64,000 bases of DNA, from IMG/VR virus record IMGVR_UViG_3300031857_000122, positions 4,965 to 68,964 of that record; one strand, given 5' to 3'. This stretch comes from a virus. Positions 8,718 to 18,383 of this stretch are shown piece after piece (positions within the stretch are counted from its first letter, which is position 1; each line of letters begins with the position of its first letter). Under the pieces are notes generated by a model. That model worked only from the letters and a program-made list of their open reading frames with translations. It did no database searches and was not told the origin of the DNA. Made by a program: the position numbers and the translations under genes.

Positions 8718-10914
8718 GCGGAATTGCATCCGGGAGCAAATATGGAATCTGAGCTGCAAAACTCCGCCCATTCCCGAAGACCTATCCACCATCCCCGGAT
8801 ATAACAATCCAAAGGCTAAGTTCCAGAGAACGCCCATTCCGGAGTACATGGCTATTGAAAAAAGCCAGATTCAAAATGACGGCTCTATTCGTTACACGCC
8901 CCTTCAGCAGCAATTTATCAGGGAGGAGGTAAAGAAGATATTTCACTCCGGGCAATGGATGTACATACGGGGCGTACTCACTTGGATAAACCCGTGGATG
9001 TACTTTGGTTTAAACTACTGGAGGCCAGCCGTAGACACCAATGACGGATTCCTTGAGTACAGGGATAGACAAAGAAAGATTCTTCACTTTTGCTGGAACA
9101 TCTATCATAACCACAAAGAACTTGGTGTTGTTTATCTAAAAGGCCGTCAGGAAGGTTTGTCCACCTGGGGTCACTTGATAATGTTCTGGCTTGCCATCCG
9201 GGCCGAGAAACAGAACATAGGCTTGTCATCTTCCGACCAGAAACTTGCTGACGAGAACTTTGACGAACTTATTGCCAAGCCCGTATCCTCATTGCCTATA
9301 TGGCTTATTCCTGTTCACAGGATGAATAAGAACGAGCTTGTCCTGACGGAGCCACCAGAACGCCAATCAAAAACCAAGAAAACCGCCAGCGTTTCCAAAG
9401 CACTTGGAGGCTCCATTAGGCTTCGAGCCCTCACTAAACGAGGATGGGATGGTAAGCGTCTGAACGGTTTGTTTGCGGATGAGGGCGGTAAATGGGTACA
9501 GGTACAGATTACGAAGTGGTGGGCCAAGCAGGTGAGAGCCCTGATGGTGAATGGCCGCAAGAGGGGCTTTGCGTTCTTTCCGACAACAACGGAAGAGGGC
9601 GACCAGGGAGGAGCTGAGTTCCAGAAGTTCTACGAGCAGGCCAATATTGAAACACGGCAGAACGGCAAATATCCCACCACCACAAACAAACTTGTAAGCC
9701 TTTTCCTTCCGGCCTATATGGGACTCCCAGGCTGGACAGATGCTTATGGGAATGACATTGTGGACACTCCCGATGATGAGCAATGGGATTGGATGCAACA
9801 GCACGGGCATGACGAAAGGATAGGCTCAAAGGAAAAGCTGATGCGTGACCGTCAGCAATTACTTGAGGCGGGGCTTGACGACCTTTATGCGGAGGAAATG
9901 CGTCAGAACCCGTTCACGCCATCTGATGCGTTTAATAGCCTTAACGAGCATTGCCCATTTGATGTCACCATCCTGCAAGCCCTGAAGCGCACAGCAGATA
10001 CCAAAGACGTTCAGGACAGAATTAGGCGTGGATACTTCTATTGGCTTGATGCGAAAGAACGCAGCATTGTTGGATGGAAGGAGGACGGAAAGGGCCCTAT
10101 TGAAAGAACCTGGGAGCCTCCTGCCAACCTAATAAACAAGACGCAACTCAAAAGAGGCATAAAGGCCCCCACAAACATTAAGCTGGGGGCGTTTGGCGTA
10201 GACCCCTATCTAAAGGCCAGCACGAAAAAGAAAGGCTCTAAGATGGCTATAACGGGCAAGCTGTATTACAACAAGTATTACGAGGACCAAAATAAGCGGG
10301 AGAGGGATACCACGGGTCGCAACCTTCCCGGCTACTTCCCCACACCTGCCATATTCTTTTCATTTACTCACAGGTCAGCAGATAGCCATTACGACATGGA
10401 GCAGCTCCTGATGGCTGCCGTGTATTATTCCATGCCCATAGTAATTGAGAACAACGCCAGCATAAGCGTGGAGAACTTCTTTAACACAAGGGGGTATGGA
10501 GGATTCCTTTTGCGTGAGGCTGAGATATTAAACGAGGCCAGCCCAACACAAATGCAATGGGAAGTGACAGGTATTCACACGGGCGTAGAAGGGGCTGGAA
10601 GCGATGTGGTGAGGCGTGGAGCCACTTATATGAATGACTTTTTTAGGGGAGATGCGTTGTATCTGGGAGACCACACATACAGTATTGTGGAAGAGCCAAT
10701 ACGCTATCCGTTCCTCACAAGCATAAACGACAATATGCAATTCGACATTACGGACAGGACAAAGAGTGATGCCACAATGTCTTCCATAATGGTGCATTTT
10801 TATGAATACAATGTGAACGACTATAGCAACCCGTTCCTTTATTCAGAAGGCCCTGCAAGCAATTCTAAAAGGCTTTTCCCAAAGGGTACATTTCTAAGAA
10901 GGGTGAGGGCATAA
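8689..10914 (+). CDS. terL: terminase large subunit (crAss-like type)
   Basis: LKGRQEGLST Walker A-like, LFADEGGKW Walker B, FGVDPY nuclease motif, IENN and D..MS near the C-terminus. Confidence 0.9.
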   Translation: MKLTETQTLERNCIREQIWNLSCKTPPIPEDLSTIPGYNNPKAKFQRTPIPEYMAIEKSQIQNDGSIRYTPLQQQFIREEVKKIFHSGQWMYIRGVLTWINPWMYFGLNYWRPAVDTNDGFLEYRDRQRKILHFCWNIYHNHKELGVVYLKGRQEGLSTWGHLIMFWLAIRAEKQNIGLSSSDQKLADENFDELIAKPVSSLPIWLIPVHRMNKNELVLTEPPERQSKTKKTASVSKALGGSIRLRALTKRGWDGKRLNGLFADEGGKWVQVQITKWWAKQVRALMVNGRKRGFAFFPTTTEEGDQGGAEFQKFYEQANIETRQNGKYPTTTNKLVSLFLPAYMGLPGWTDAYGNDIVDTPDDEQWDWMQQHGHDERIGSKEKLMRDRQQLLEAGLDDLYAEEMRQNPFTPSDAFNSLNEHCPFDVTILQALKRTADTKDVQDRIRRGYFYWLDAKERSIVGWKEDGKGPIERTWEPPANLINKTQLKRGIKAPTNIKLGAFGVDPYLKASTKKKGSKMAITGKLYYNKYYEDQNKRERDTTGRNLPGYFPTPAIFFSFTHRSADSHYDMEQLLMAAVYYSMPIVIENNASISVENFFNTRGYGGFLLREAEILNEASPTQMQWEVTGIHTGVEGAGSDVVRRGATYMNDFFRGDALYLGDHTYSIVEEPIRYPFLTSINDNMQFDITDRTKSDATMSSIMVHFYEYNVNDYSNPFLYSEGPASNSKRLFPKGTFLRRVRA

Positions 10915-10978
10915 AAATTTTTTTACGTTGCCCTGAAGATTTCGTATTTTTGGGCTTCACTAAAAAAAATTTATCTCG

Positions 10979-11221
10979 ATGGCATTACTTCGCATGAACT
11001 CAACAGTGAACCCCCTTACAGGAGCTTCTATTGTAGGCGGTTCTTCTCTTTTGGTTTACAACACTGACGGTATCGTTTGGGGAACTCTTGCTTCCAGAGT
11101 CGGCACAACCGCTTCCAGTACATTTTCTTATGATAATGGAAATGGTACTGTTGGTCGGGCTGCTGTAAATCATAGCGTTACCAATATCACCACGGCTGCC
11201 GGAGCTTCCACCGTATCCTAA
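10979..11221 (+). CDS. small G/S/T-rich protein, possible virion decoration protein
   Basis: Has its own promoter-like TATTTTTG upstream; composition resembles structural proteins. Confidence 0.55.
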   Translation: MALLRMNSTVNPLTGASIVGGSSLLVYNTDGIVWGTLASRVGTTASSTFSYDNGNGTVGRAAVNHSVTNITTAAGASTVS

Positions 11222-11248
11222 TATTTTTTAGTACGTCATCGAGCGTAT

Positions 11249-11271
11249 GCCGCCTTCCAAAAGAGGGCGGC
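11249..11271. terminator. hairpin terminator between convergent genes
   Basis: GCCGCCTTC-CAAAA-GAGGGCGGC followed by a T-rich tract. Confidence 0.65.
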
Positions 11272-11281
11272 TATTTGTGTT

Positions 11282-12319
11282 TTATTTTACATCCTTAAAG
11301 TATTCTTCATAATACTCAACTCCCATATAGTCGGGCTTTGAGTGTTGGCTTATGATAGAAAGGTTGGATTTGTTGTCATCAAAGCCCACAGGCGTTGTCC
11401 ATTCGGAGCTGTGAGGAAGGTGATAGCAAACATTGTAGGGGAGTTTATTTTTAATCCTATCTGCCCAGAAATTGTCCCATGCCACTCTGCCAAGTTTCAA
11501 AGGAACATTGATAAGTTCAGAAATGCAGGAAGCCGTTGGTCTAAAGGCAAATAAGTCAATGCCTTCATATTCTTTAATGTTGCTTATGTCCTTAAAGCTA
11601 AGTGCCGCCTGAGTGATGCAATCAACACGCTTTGCATAGCAGGCATCAAAGTTGTGAGTGTCCATGTAGTTACGGATAATAGCCACAGCCTCTGGAACTA
11701 AACATATATCCCTGTTAATTATAATCAGAATGTCATCGGGATGGGAAAAGCATTCTATTCCTTCGCGAAGCATTTCGTTCACTGTAGGCCAATCTTCAGA
11801 AGTATGGAGAAGCAGTTTTGTGTGAACGTCATTGGTTGCAAGAATGCTCCATGAGAAAGCAGCAAGTCCATAGCGGCCCATTGTGTGAGTTTCGGTTGTC
11901 TGATACTCATTGACCAACAGATAGGTGGTGGCGGCATTCAAGTCGTGATGTTGCCTTACAGGAGTGTTCCTCCCTATGCAGGCTATGAGCTGAGATATTT
12001 CGTGAGCCACTACATCCTTGCAAAAAACACCTATGGTTGTAGGCTTTGGCGTTGCTTGCACCCATGAGGGACTTCTTGTTATAAGAATGTTAGGCTTCTC
12101 GCATAAGTGATATTGGAGGCTATCATTGAGAATGTACAGCGTATCTTCCTGATTCATATCTTCCTGGAGTTTTGCAAACCCATCTGTATGAGCTGTGTAT
12201 ATCTCAAACGGAATGTGAAGCGCATTTAGCGCATACCGGATGTTTATGAAGATTGCTTTATTGTCAATCTTGTTTGAAGCACCATCAAGGGCGATGATGG
12301 CTTTTTTAAAGTTGTGCAT
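11282..12319 (-). CDS. hypothetical protein, possible glycosyltransferase-like C-terminal domain
   Basis: Co-transcribed with the GT genes; IIINRDI, GIDLFAF, AWDNFW and CYHLPH resemble GT-A-like phage proteins. Confidence 0.5.
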   Translation of the reverse strand: MHNFKKAIIALDGASNKIDNKAIFINIRYALNALHIPFEIYTAHTDGFAKLQEDMNQEDTLYILNDSLQYHLCEKPNILITRSPSWVQATPKPTTIGVFCKDVVAHEISQLIACIGRNTPVRQHHDLNAATTYLLVNEYQTTETHTMGRYGLAAFSWSILATNDVHTKLLLHTSEDWPTVNEMLREGIECFSHPDDILIIINRDICLVPEAVAIIRNYMDTHNFDACYAKRVDCITQAALSFKDISNIKEYEGIDLFAFRPTASCISELINVPLKLGRVAWDNFWADRIKNKLPYNVCYHLPHSSEWTTPVGFDDNKSNLSIISQHSKPDYMGVEYYEEYFKDVK

Positions 12320-13346
12320 GATATTCTTGAAATGCTTGGAAGTTTCTAAACGGAAGGACCAGTTTTGGGTCTTGCCCATCCTGCTGGCAAAGCGTTATCT
12401 TTTTGTTCGGCCATTTGTTTTGGCATATAGACTCCGCCCTCACCGGGTCGGCATCGGAACTCGCCGGAACTTCAAACACTTTGTGTTGAGGAAAGAGTTC
12501 GTACACTATCTTGGAAAACCGTGACATACAGCAAATGATGGAAGGCTGTTTGAGTTGCCTGCAAACCATGTATATATCGCCAAACCGACCAAGAATAACA
12601 TACACGGGCCACTCTTCATCTTTTTTAGGTACGGATTGCTCCCAATAGTTTATCTCGCCATCCGGGTCTACAAGGCCAGAGGCAACAAGTCCCGGCCACG
12701 CTCTTCCCCTGTGCGTCCCATTATTCTCTCCGCAGTTATAGGCACGGGATATGACGGGGAGGATTTCCACTCTTTCTCCCAGATGGCTGCTAACAATAAC
12801 ATCCCAAGAGGTGTTATGTGAGTCGTCCCCCGTAGTCCAGGTGTGGTTCATTTCCTCCCATCTGTCTTTCCAGGTCCCCCATCCCCAGCAAGTGAAATAG
12901 TTTTGCCTCATTACTTTCCCATAGTCCTTGGGGGAAATAGGAATAGAGGGTTGATTGTCATGTCCCCATAGGCCAATTGTGCGGACGGATGGGTCATCTT
13001 TATACCGCTCTGCCGCCCATTCAATATATTCAAACGCATCATCAGAGATGATAATATCATCCTCAATCATAAGAACGAAATCTGGGCCGTCTTTCCACGC
13101 TGACTCCAGGGCTTTCTTGATGGTATAGTTGCAGCCGTGTTTTTCTTTTACGACAAACGTAGCAATGCCAAAGGTGGCATAAACATCGTAAACCTCTTGA
13201 TTGTAGGAGCCGTCTTCATAGCAATCTATCACGCAAAAGATTTTATACTTTTCAACAGAGAATCCCTTTGCTCCAAAGATGGCAGCAAGAGAACGGCGAG
13301 AATACTCTGGCCTGTTATAGGCCGAAATGGCTATGTTGATTTTCAT
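12306..13346 (-). CDS. GT-A fold glycosyltransferase
   Basis: ISAYNRPEY start, MIEDDIII DxD-type motif, CWGWGTWKDRW, SWD. Confidence 0.8.
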   Translation of the reverse strand: MKINIAISAYNRPEYSRRSLAAIFGAKGFSVEKYKIFCVIDCYEDGSYNQEVYDVYATFGIATFVVKEKHGCNYTIKKALESAWKDGPDFVLMIEDDIIISDDAFEYIEWAAERYKDDPSVRTIGLWGHDNQPSIPISPKDYGKVMRQNYFTCWGWGTWKDRWEEMNHTWTTGDDSHNTSWDVIVSSHLGERVEILPVISRAYNCGENNGTHRGRAWPGLVASGLVDPDGEINYWEQSVPKKDEEWPVYVILGRFGDIYMVCRQLKQPSIICCMSRFSKIVYELFPQHKVFEVPASSDADPVRAESICQNKWPNKKITLCQQDGQDPKLVLPFRNFQAFQEYHAQL

Positions 13347-13347
13347 T

Positions 13348-14442
13348 TTACTTAACGTGGTACAACCAACAGCTTTCGGCTGCTTCTATATTATTTTCTC
13401 CTATGAGTTCATTCACAGCTCTTGTAACTCCATCCCATGTTGGGTAGTCGTGACCAGCAAGGAAGCCGCCCGGCTTTACTTTGGGAAGCCAAGCAAGAAT
13501 GTCCGACTTGACACTATCGTAATCATGTGCGGCATCAATGAATACAAAATCAAGACTCTCATCGCTATAGGTTAGGGCAGCCGCAAGGCTATCCATTCTT
13601 TTAATGTTCACATAAGGTAGCACGGGATTAATATTTTTCTTAAACACCTCAAACACATCTTCTTGCAATGGCTGATGCTCTATGCTTCCATCCCATGTAT
13701 CAACAAGGTCAAGAGTTATTATTTTCCCAGAGTTGATTATTTCAACGGCAAGAAATGCCGCACTCCTTCCCTTCCACACGCCCACTTCAACAAAGTGAGC
13801 TTTCTGTGGGGCTGTCTGTACAATTTGAGCGTACAGATTTGGGTATGTAAACCAATCTTCGCCCTCTGTTGAATAATAAAAATGTTCCATTATTTTTTGT
13901 CCATTAAGTAATTCTGATGTGTTTTGATATAAGCAAGGATGCGTCCATCCAACTTTTAATCCCAGTCTTTGTATGTGCCCATTTAAAGCGTGGTCCATTC
14001 CTTGAGACAAGTCATTTTCTTCCGATAATATTTTCTTGCAAGCATCTTTAGAAACCCAATATCCATGTGAGCAACGAGATAAATATCCGGGACTATAATA
14101 AACCATCTTCCCATCCATAGGGTGTTTTACGCTCATTGGTATCCCCCAGACATCTTCTACTTTTTCGCTAACTCCGCCAAAAAATACAATGTCAAGTCCT
14201 TGTGTTTTAGCTTCTGCTATCAACTTGGAAAAGTTAAAATCTGAAGGCAAGTTGATGTCGTCTTCTATTATGATTGCATCCTCTTCCTTTGACATTATGT
14301 AATAATGCTTGACATTTAATGAGGCCGGCATTTCAATCCCATCCCCTATTGATACTATTTCGTAGTCGTAATTGGGGGGTAAATTCTTTAATCTGTCGGC
14401 ATACCCGGTATAGTGGCAAACATATATTTTATGGTTTCTCAT
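13348..14442 (-). CDS. GT25-like glycosyltransferase fused to a class I SAM methyltransferase (Methyltransf_24-like)
   Basis: IIEDD and CSHGYWVSKDACKKIL (GT25-like); VEVGVWKGRS, FVFIDAAHDYDSV, KPGGFLAGHDY (MTase). Start at ATG 14442, just after TACATTTG. Confidence 0.8.
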   Translation of the reverse strand: MRNHKIYVCHYTGYADRLKNLPPNYDYEIVSIGDGIEMPASLNVKHYYIMSKEEDAIIIEDDINLPSDFNFSKLIAEAKTQGLDIVFFGGVSEKVEDVWGIPMSVKHPMDGKMVYYSPGYLSRCSHGYWVSKDACKKILSEENDLSQGMDHALNGHIQRLGLKVGWTHPCLYQNTSELLNGQKIMEHFYYSTEGEDWFTYPNLYAQIVQTAPQKAHFVEVGVWKGRSAAFLAVEIINSGKIITLDLVDTWDGSIEHQPLQEDVFEVFKKNINPVLPYVNIKRMDSLAAALTYSDESLDFVFIDAAHDYDSVKSDILAWLPKVKPGGFLAGHDYPTWDGVTRAVNELIGENNIEAAESCWLYHVK

Positions 14443-14535
14443 GCCCCAAATGTAAAACAAGTAAGGCACAAAACTACTCTGCATAAAAAAATTGCTTTCG
14501 TTCTTTAAATCAAAAAATTGTAAATTGCACCCACT

Positions 14536-15237
14536 ATGGATGTTCTTCAAAGACTCATTACCACTGTGCTGACATACCTGAACGCATCAGGGTATTACAA
14601 GAGCGCAGAGGAAATACAGAATGCCATTAATGTTGCCCAGCTTGACCTCTACAAGAGGCTGAGAGGCAACCTTGCTCAGTATGCTCCGGGACGGCCCTCT
14701 GCTGCCATCAATCCTGAGCAGACAAATGTAACGGCTGATGCTTTATGGGAATTATATTATGTAGTTGGAGGCCCAGGAAATACAGATACAATTTCTTTGC
14801 TTGATGCGGAGGCTTTGTACGGCAGAGCTATTGACATTCTCCTTTCGCTTGAGGTGAGTTATTCGGATTTATTTGCAGATACTCGTCCCGTAAACATTGT
14901 TCCAGACAATCAGTTTCTGATGTTGAAGAACAATCCGGTTGTGCCTCCCATAAAGGACAGACCAATAGGCAGGCTTTCGGATTATTTTACATATCAAATA
15001 TTGCCTGGGCCTGTGGTTACTTGGTCGGCCCGTGTACTCACTTTACCAAATCCTGTAGCCTTTACATTCACGGATTCCAATGGACCTATTCCCATTATCA
15101 ATGTTATTACGCCGATTGACTGGACGGCTGATAAGCTGGACAATCTGGTGTATGGAACAGTTGCCAATCTTGGCTTCAATCTTTCAAATGGTGTTCTTGT
15201 TCAAAGCGGAAACGCAATGAACGATAAAATCCTCTAA
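14536..15237 (+). CDS. virion tail ring/adaptor protein 1
   Basis: First of three ~220-250 aa genes; N-terminal GYYKSAEEIQNAINVAQLD resembles crAss-like ring proteins. Confidence 0.55.
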   Translation: MDVLQRLITTVLTYLNASGYYKSAEEIQNAINVAQLDLYKRLRGNLAQYAPGRPSAAINPEQTNVTADALWELYYVVGGPGNTDTISLLDAEALYGRAIDILLSLEVSYSDLFADTRPVNIVPDNQFLMLKNNPVVPPIKDRPIGRLSDYFTYQILPGPVVTWSARVLTLPNPVAFTFTDSNGPIPIINVITPIDWTADKLDNLVYGTVANLGFNLSNGVLVQSGNAMNDKIL

Positions 15238-15240
15238 ACA

Positions 15241-15888
15241 ATGGCCTTAGATTACAATTACATAGCTAATCAGATTGTCCTTCTGTTTATGGGAGGCCGC
15301 CCCACCACAGAAGGCATAGATGTCCGAGAGGTGGAAGCATGGGTGAAAGAAGCCCACGCCAACATTGGCCGTCAGGAATACTTTGAGAATTACAAAGCCG
15401 ACAATCAATCCACCGTGAACGGACAATGGCTTGTAACGTATCAGATACCGCTTGTGGCAAACAGCTCAGGTGTTATTGAGCCGGACCCTGTAACGGGGTA
15501 TATGAGGGCTATTCTGGTGGACAATTACATTCCGCTCCCAAAGAACAGGGGTGTTGTAAGAGTGAGTGTTGCTGACAAGGATTACAAAGCCAAGAGGCAG
15601 CTTGCCTTTATTTCATTTGAGAACTACGAGAATATTCGTGGCGGCTCGGCAATTAAGTTTGCCGGCAACTACTTCTATTCCCTTAATGCCAAAGTTATAT
15701 ACATACTTCCAGCCTGCGAGAACCCGATAAAGATAAAGACAATAAATGTTACGCAGGCAGTGGCTAATGATGCTACATTAAACGATTCCCATATAATGCT
15801 CATTGTCAATCAGGTGATGCCATTAATGGTTCAGCGTTTTGGAAGGAAGGCTGACATGATAACAGACGCTAATCCAAACGTAATGTAA
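15241..15888 (+). CDS. virion tail ring/adaptor protein 2
   Basis: Size, position and the ring-protein-like YFYSLNAKVIYI segment. Confidence 0.5.
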   Translation: MALDYNYIANQIVLLFMGGRPTTEGIDVREVEAWVKEAHANIGRQEYFENYKADNQSTVNGQWLVTYQIPLVANSSGVIEPDPVTGYMRAILVDNYIPLPKNRGVVRVSVADKDYKAKRQLAFISFENYENIRGGSAIKFAGNYFYSLNAKVIYILPACENPIKIKTINVTQAVANDATLNDSHIMLIVNQVMPLMVQRFGRKADMITDANPNVM

Positions 15889-15889
15889 T

Positions 15890-16630
15890 ATGCTGGCAGA
15901 TAATGTAGATAGCTTAGTTGGTGTTGTGATGGAGGAGCTGGGAGCTCCAGCCAACCAGCAATTTTCTTTTATGGCATGGGGACTGGACTTTGTGCGTTCT
16001 ATGCAAAAGGACGTGAACACAATGATTCCCGACCGCAACAAGGAGATATTTTACGAGTTTGATAAATTCGGATACAATACGGCAAAACTGCCGAATGACT
16101 ATTACGACTTCATTAGCGTAGGAACTCAGGTGGGCCACTATGTAAAGGGCCTGGCAATGAATAACCGCATTACAACCCACAAGAGGCAACCCGAGATGTT
16201 TCCCCTGTTGGACAACACCCCGAACAACATTTGGTATTGGGGCGGCCTGTACGGCTATGGAATGGGATGGGGAGGCGGAGGAGCCATTGATGCTTACGGG
16301 AACGGGAATGACTACGGCGATGTCACAATAGATTATGACAGGAGGCTTCTTGTCACTTCTCCGACATTCCGCTTCAGGAACATCCTTCTGAACTACTACA
16401 CGAATTGCATTACGCCTTCAGAAGAAACTTGTATTCATCCTTGGTTTATTGAGGCTTTCAAGAACTATCTTTACTTCAAGTATTTCTTCCTGAAGGGGGA
16501 TGCCAGATGGCAGGTTTCTAAAATGGAATACGAGAAACTTTATTTGTATGCCGTTCAGAGCAAGTACAGGATGAAGATTCCAACAATAGTTAAGATTGTA
16601 GAAAGGATTAGGGGCTATAGACACGGATAA
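15890..16630 (+). CDS. virion tail ring/adaptor protein 3
   Basis: TAKLPNDYYDF...EAFKNYLYFKY pattern of tail tubular/ring proteins. Confidence 0.55.
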   Translation: MLADNVDSLVGVVMEELGAPANQQFSFMAWGLDFVRSMQKDVNTMIPDRNKEIFYEFDKFGYNTAKLPNDYYDFISVGTQVGHYVKGLAMNNRITTHKRQPEMFPLLDNTPNNIWYWGGLYGYGMGWGGGGAIDAYGNGNDYGDVTIDYDRRLLVTSPTFRFRNILLNYYTNCITPSEETCIHPWFIEAFKNYLYFKYFFLKGDARWQVSKMEYEKLYLYAVQSKYRMKIPTIVKIVERIRGYRHG

Positions 16631-16634
16631 ATAA

Positions 16635-18380
16635 ATGGCACAAGAAACAGCGGGAACCATTGGGATTCCGGTATTAAAAAACGAAATCCTCCCATATCTA
16701 AGCGACTTCAATAAAAGAAGGGAACGCCAAGCGTATCTTGATGCTAAGAATAAACAGAAGCAACAGGAGTTAGATGCTAAAAAAAAGGATTTTTCTCCAG
16801 AGGGGCTTCCGGGTACAGAGGCGGGGTATGCTGCTCCGTTGATTGACCAAGAGACGGCAAATATGTCCAACCAACTCGTGTCGGCAATAAAATCAGGAGC
16901 TGGACAGGGAGATGTGCAAACATTGGCAAGGCAATTTAAAACAAAGAAGGAGTCTTTAAATAGTTACAACAAACGCCTTACTTCAAATGTAGAAACTGAA
17001 GGCAAAAGGCTTCGTGAAATAGGGGTTGATGCTACACCTCAGAAGGCAGAGCAATATTTTTCTGAGGCAAGAAAAGACCCTGATTTTTTTAACAAAGACC
17101 ATATTACGGGATATACACAATGGCTCCGTTCCAATCCATCCCAAAACATTAATCCTGCTGTCATAGGCGACATCTTGCGTAATGAGTCTGGTAAAATTGG
17201 AAAGATAAAAACCACATACGAAACTCCTGATAGAGTGACGCAAACGCTTGAATACGAAAAGCTGTTCACTCCAGAAGAGGCTCCTGTTCCCGGAAGGCCA
17301 GACCTGAAGATTATCCGTGCCAGCAAGATTGACCCAATGGAAGCTGACAAGTTGTTTGCAAAAAGAAGCGACTTGAAAGTATTGGCTGACGATTGGATTA
17401 ATGACAGGAAGAAGCAACTTGCAATGGCTCCTGAGTTCCAACTAAGGCCGGATGATGCGACAAAACTCCGTGACCTCGACCAGAAGGCGAAACAAGAATT
17501 TTTTTCTTCTGCCTTCCCTCTTGCAGGTAATGAAGTAATTGCCGTTCGTAGAGAGCAGGGAAGAAAGTCCGGAGGGGCTGGGAAACAGCAATTTGGGGAC
17601 ATAAACGTGGGCGTTCAATCAATTGGCTATTCCACAATTACAGCTCCTTCAAAAGCCTATCGTACACTGAAACCCGATGACGATAGTAAATACAACAGGA
17701 TTCAGGGTGAAACCCCTGTAATATCTGTTACGCCAGCAGAGGAGGGTAAACTTGATATTAGCCTTCCTGCTGGAATCAATTACATTGACATTTCGGGAAC
17801 GCCCGTTGATGTTCCGGGAACAGGAAAGAAAGTAGGAACCGGAGCAACTGCTAAAACAGTAGATGTTGAGGCTTCGTATCCAACCGGGTACAAAGCTCTT
17901 GAAAAGGGAGCGCAGCTTGTTGGGCCATCCATAGGATATGTAGCTCAAGCTAAGGAAGACATGACATTCCCAGATGGGTCTTTCGTAAGGAAAGGAGGAA
18001 TAATTAACCCAGGGCTGTATCCAGACATCAAGGCGGACCAGGTTAATCTTTTGCCGGGGGTATTTGGTTCTACCAAAGAGCTCCAATACAAGATGGCTCC
18101 AAACATGGTGAGTGGTCAGTATGTATCGCCAAATGTAATAGCCCAGAAAATATTCGTTCCTCAAAACCGTGTTCCTGATTTCTTCAATAATGCCAATGCT
18201 ATTATGAAAGAGCGTGGGCTTAATTTGAACACAGAGATGAACAAGCTAAAGAGTCAATACATAGGAATGTTTGGCGGAACAGCGGCCCCGGCTAAAGCTC
18301 CAGCCGCAGCAAAATCAACAGCTACAAAATCAAATCTTCCTGGATGGACTGGCGGAAGCCAAGCAACAACACCTAAATAA
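16635..18380 (+). CDS. putative internal virion/ejection protein
   Basis: 581 aa with a helical N-half; lies upstream of the giant genes. Confidence 0.5.
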   Translation: MAQETAGTIGIPVLKNEILPYLSDFNKRRERQAYLDAKNKQKQQELDAKKKDFSPEGLPGTEAGYAAPLIDQETANMSNQLVSAIKSGAGQGDVQTLARQFKTKKESLNSYNKRLTSNVETEGKRLREIGVDATPQKAEQYFSEARKDPDFFNKDHITGYTQWLRSNPSQNINPAVIGDILRNESGKIGKIKTTYETPDRVTQTLEYEKLFTPEEAPVPGRPDLKIIRASKIDPMEADKLFAKRSDLKVLADDWINDRKKQLAMAPEFQLRPDDATKLRDLDQKAKQEFFSSAFPLAGNEVIAVRREQGRKSGGAGKQQFGDINVGVQSIGYSTITAPSKAYRTLKPDDDSKYNRIQGETPVISVTPAEEGKLDISLPAGINYIDISGTPVDVPGTGKKVGTGATAKTVDVEASYPTGYKALEKGAQLVGPSIGYVAQAKEDMTFPDGSFVRKGGIINPGLYPDIKADQVNLLPGVFGSTKELQYKMAPNMVSGQYVSPNVIAQKIFVPQNRVPDFFNNANAIMKERGLNLNTEMNKLKSQYIGMFGGTAAPAKAPAAAKSTATKSNLPGWTGGSQATTPK

Positions 18381-18383
18381 TAT

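Noticed and set aside
14443-14550. N-terminal extension of the GT25-MTase ORF given in the track
   Set aside because: It spans the divergent promoter region and overlaps the next gene; ATG 14442 after TACATTTG is the better start.
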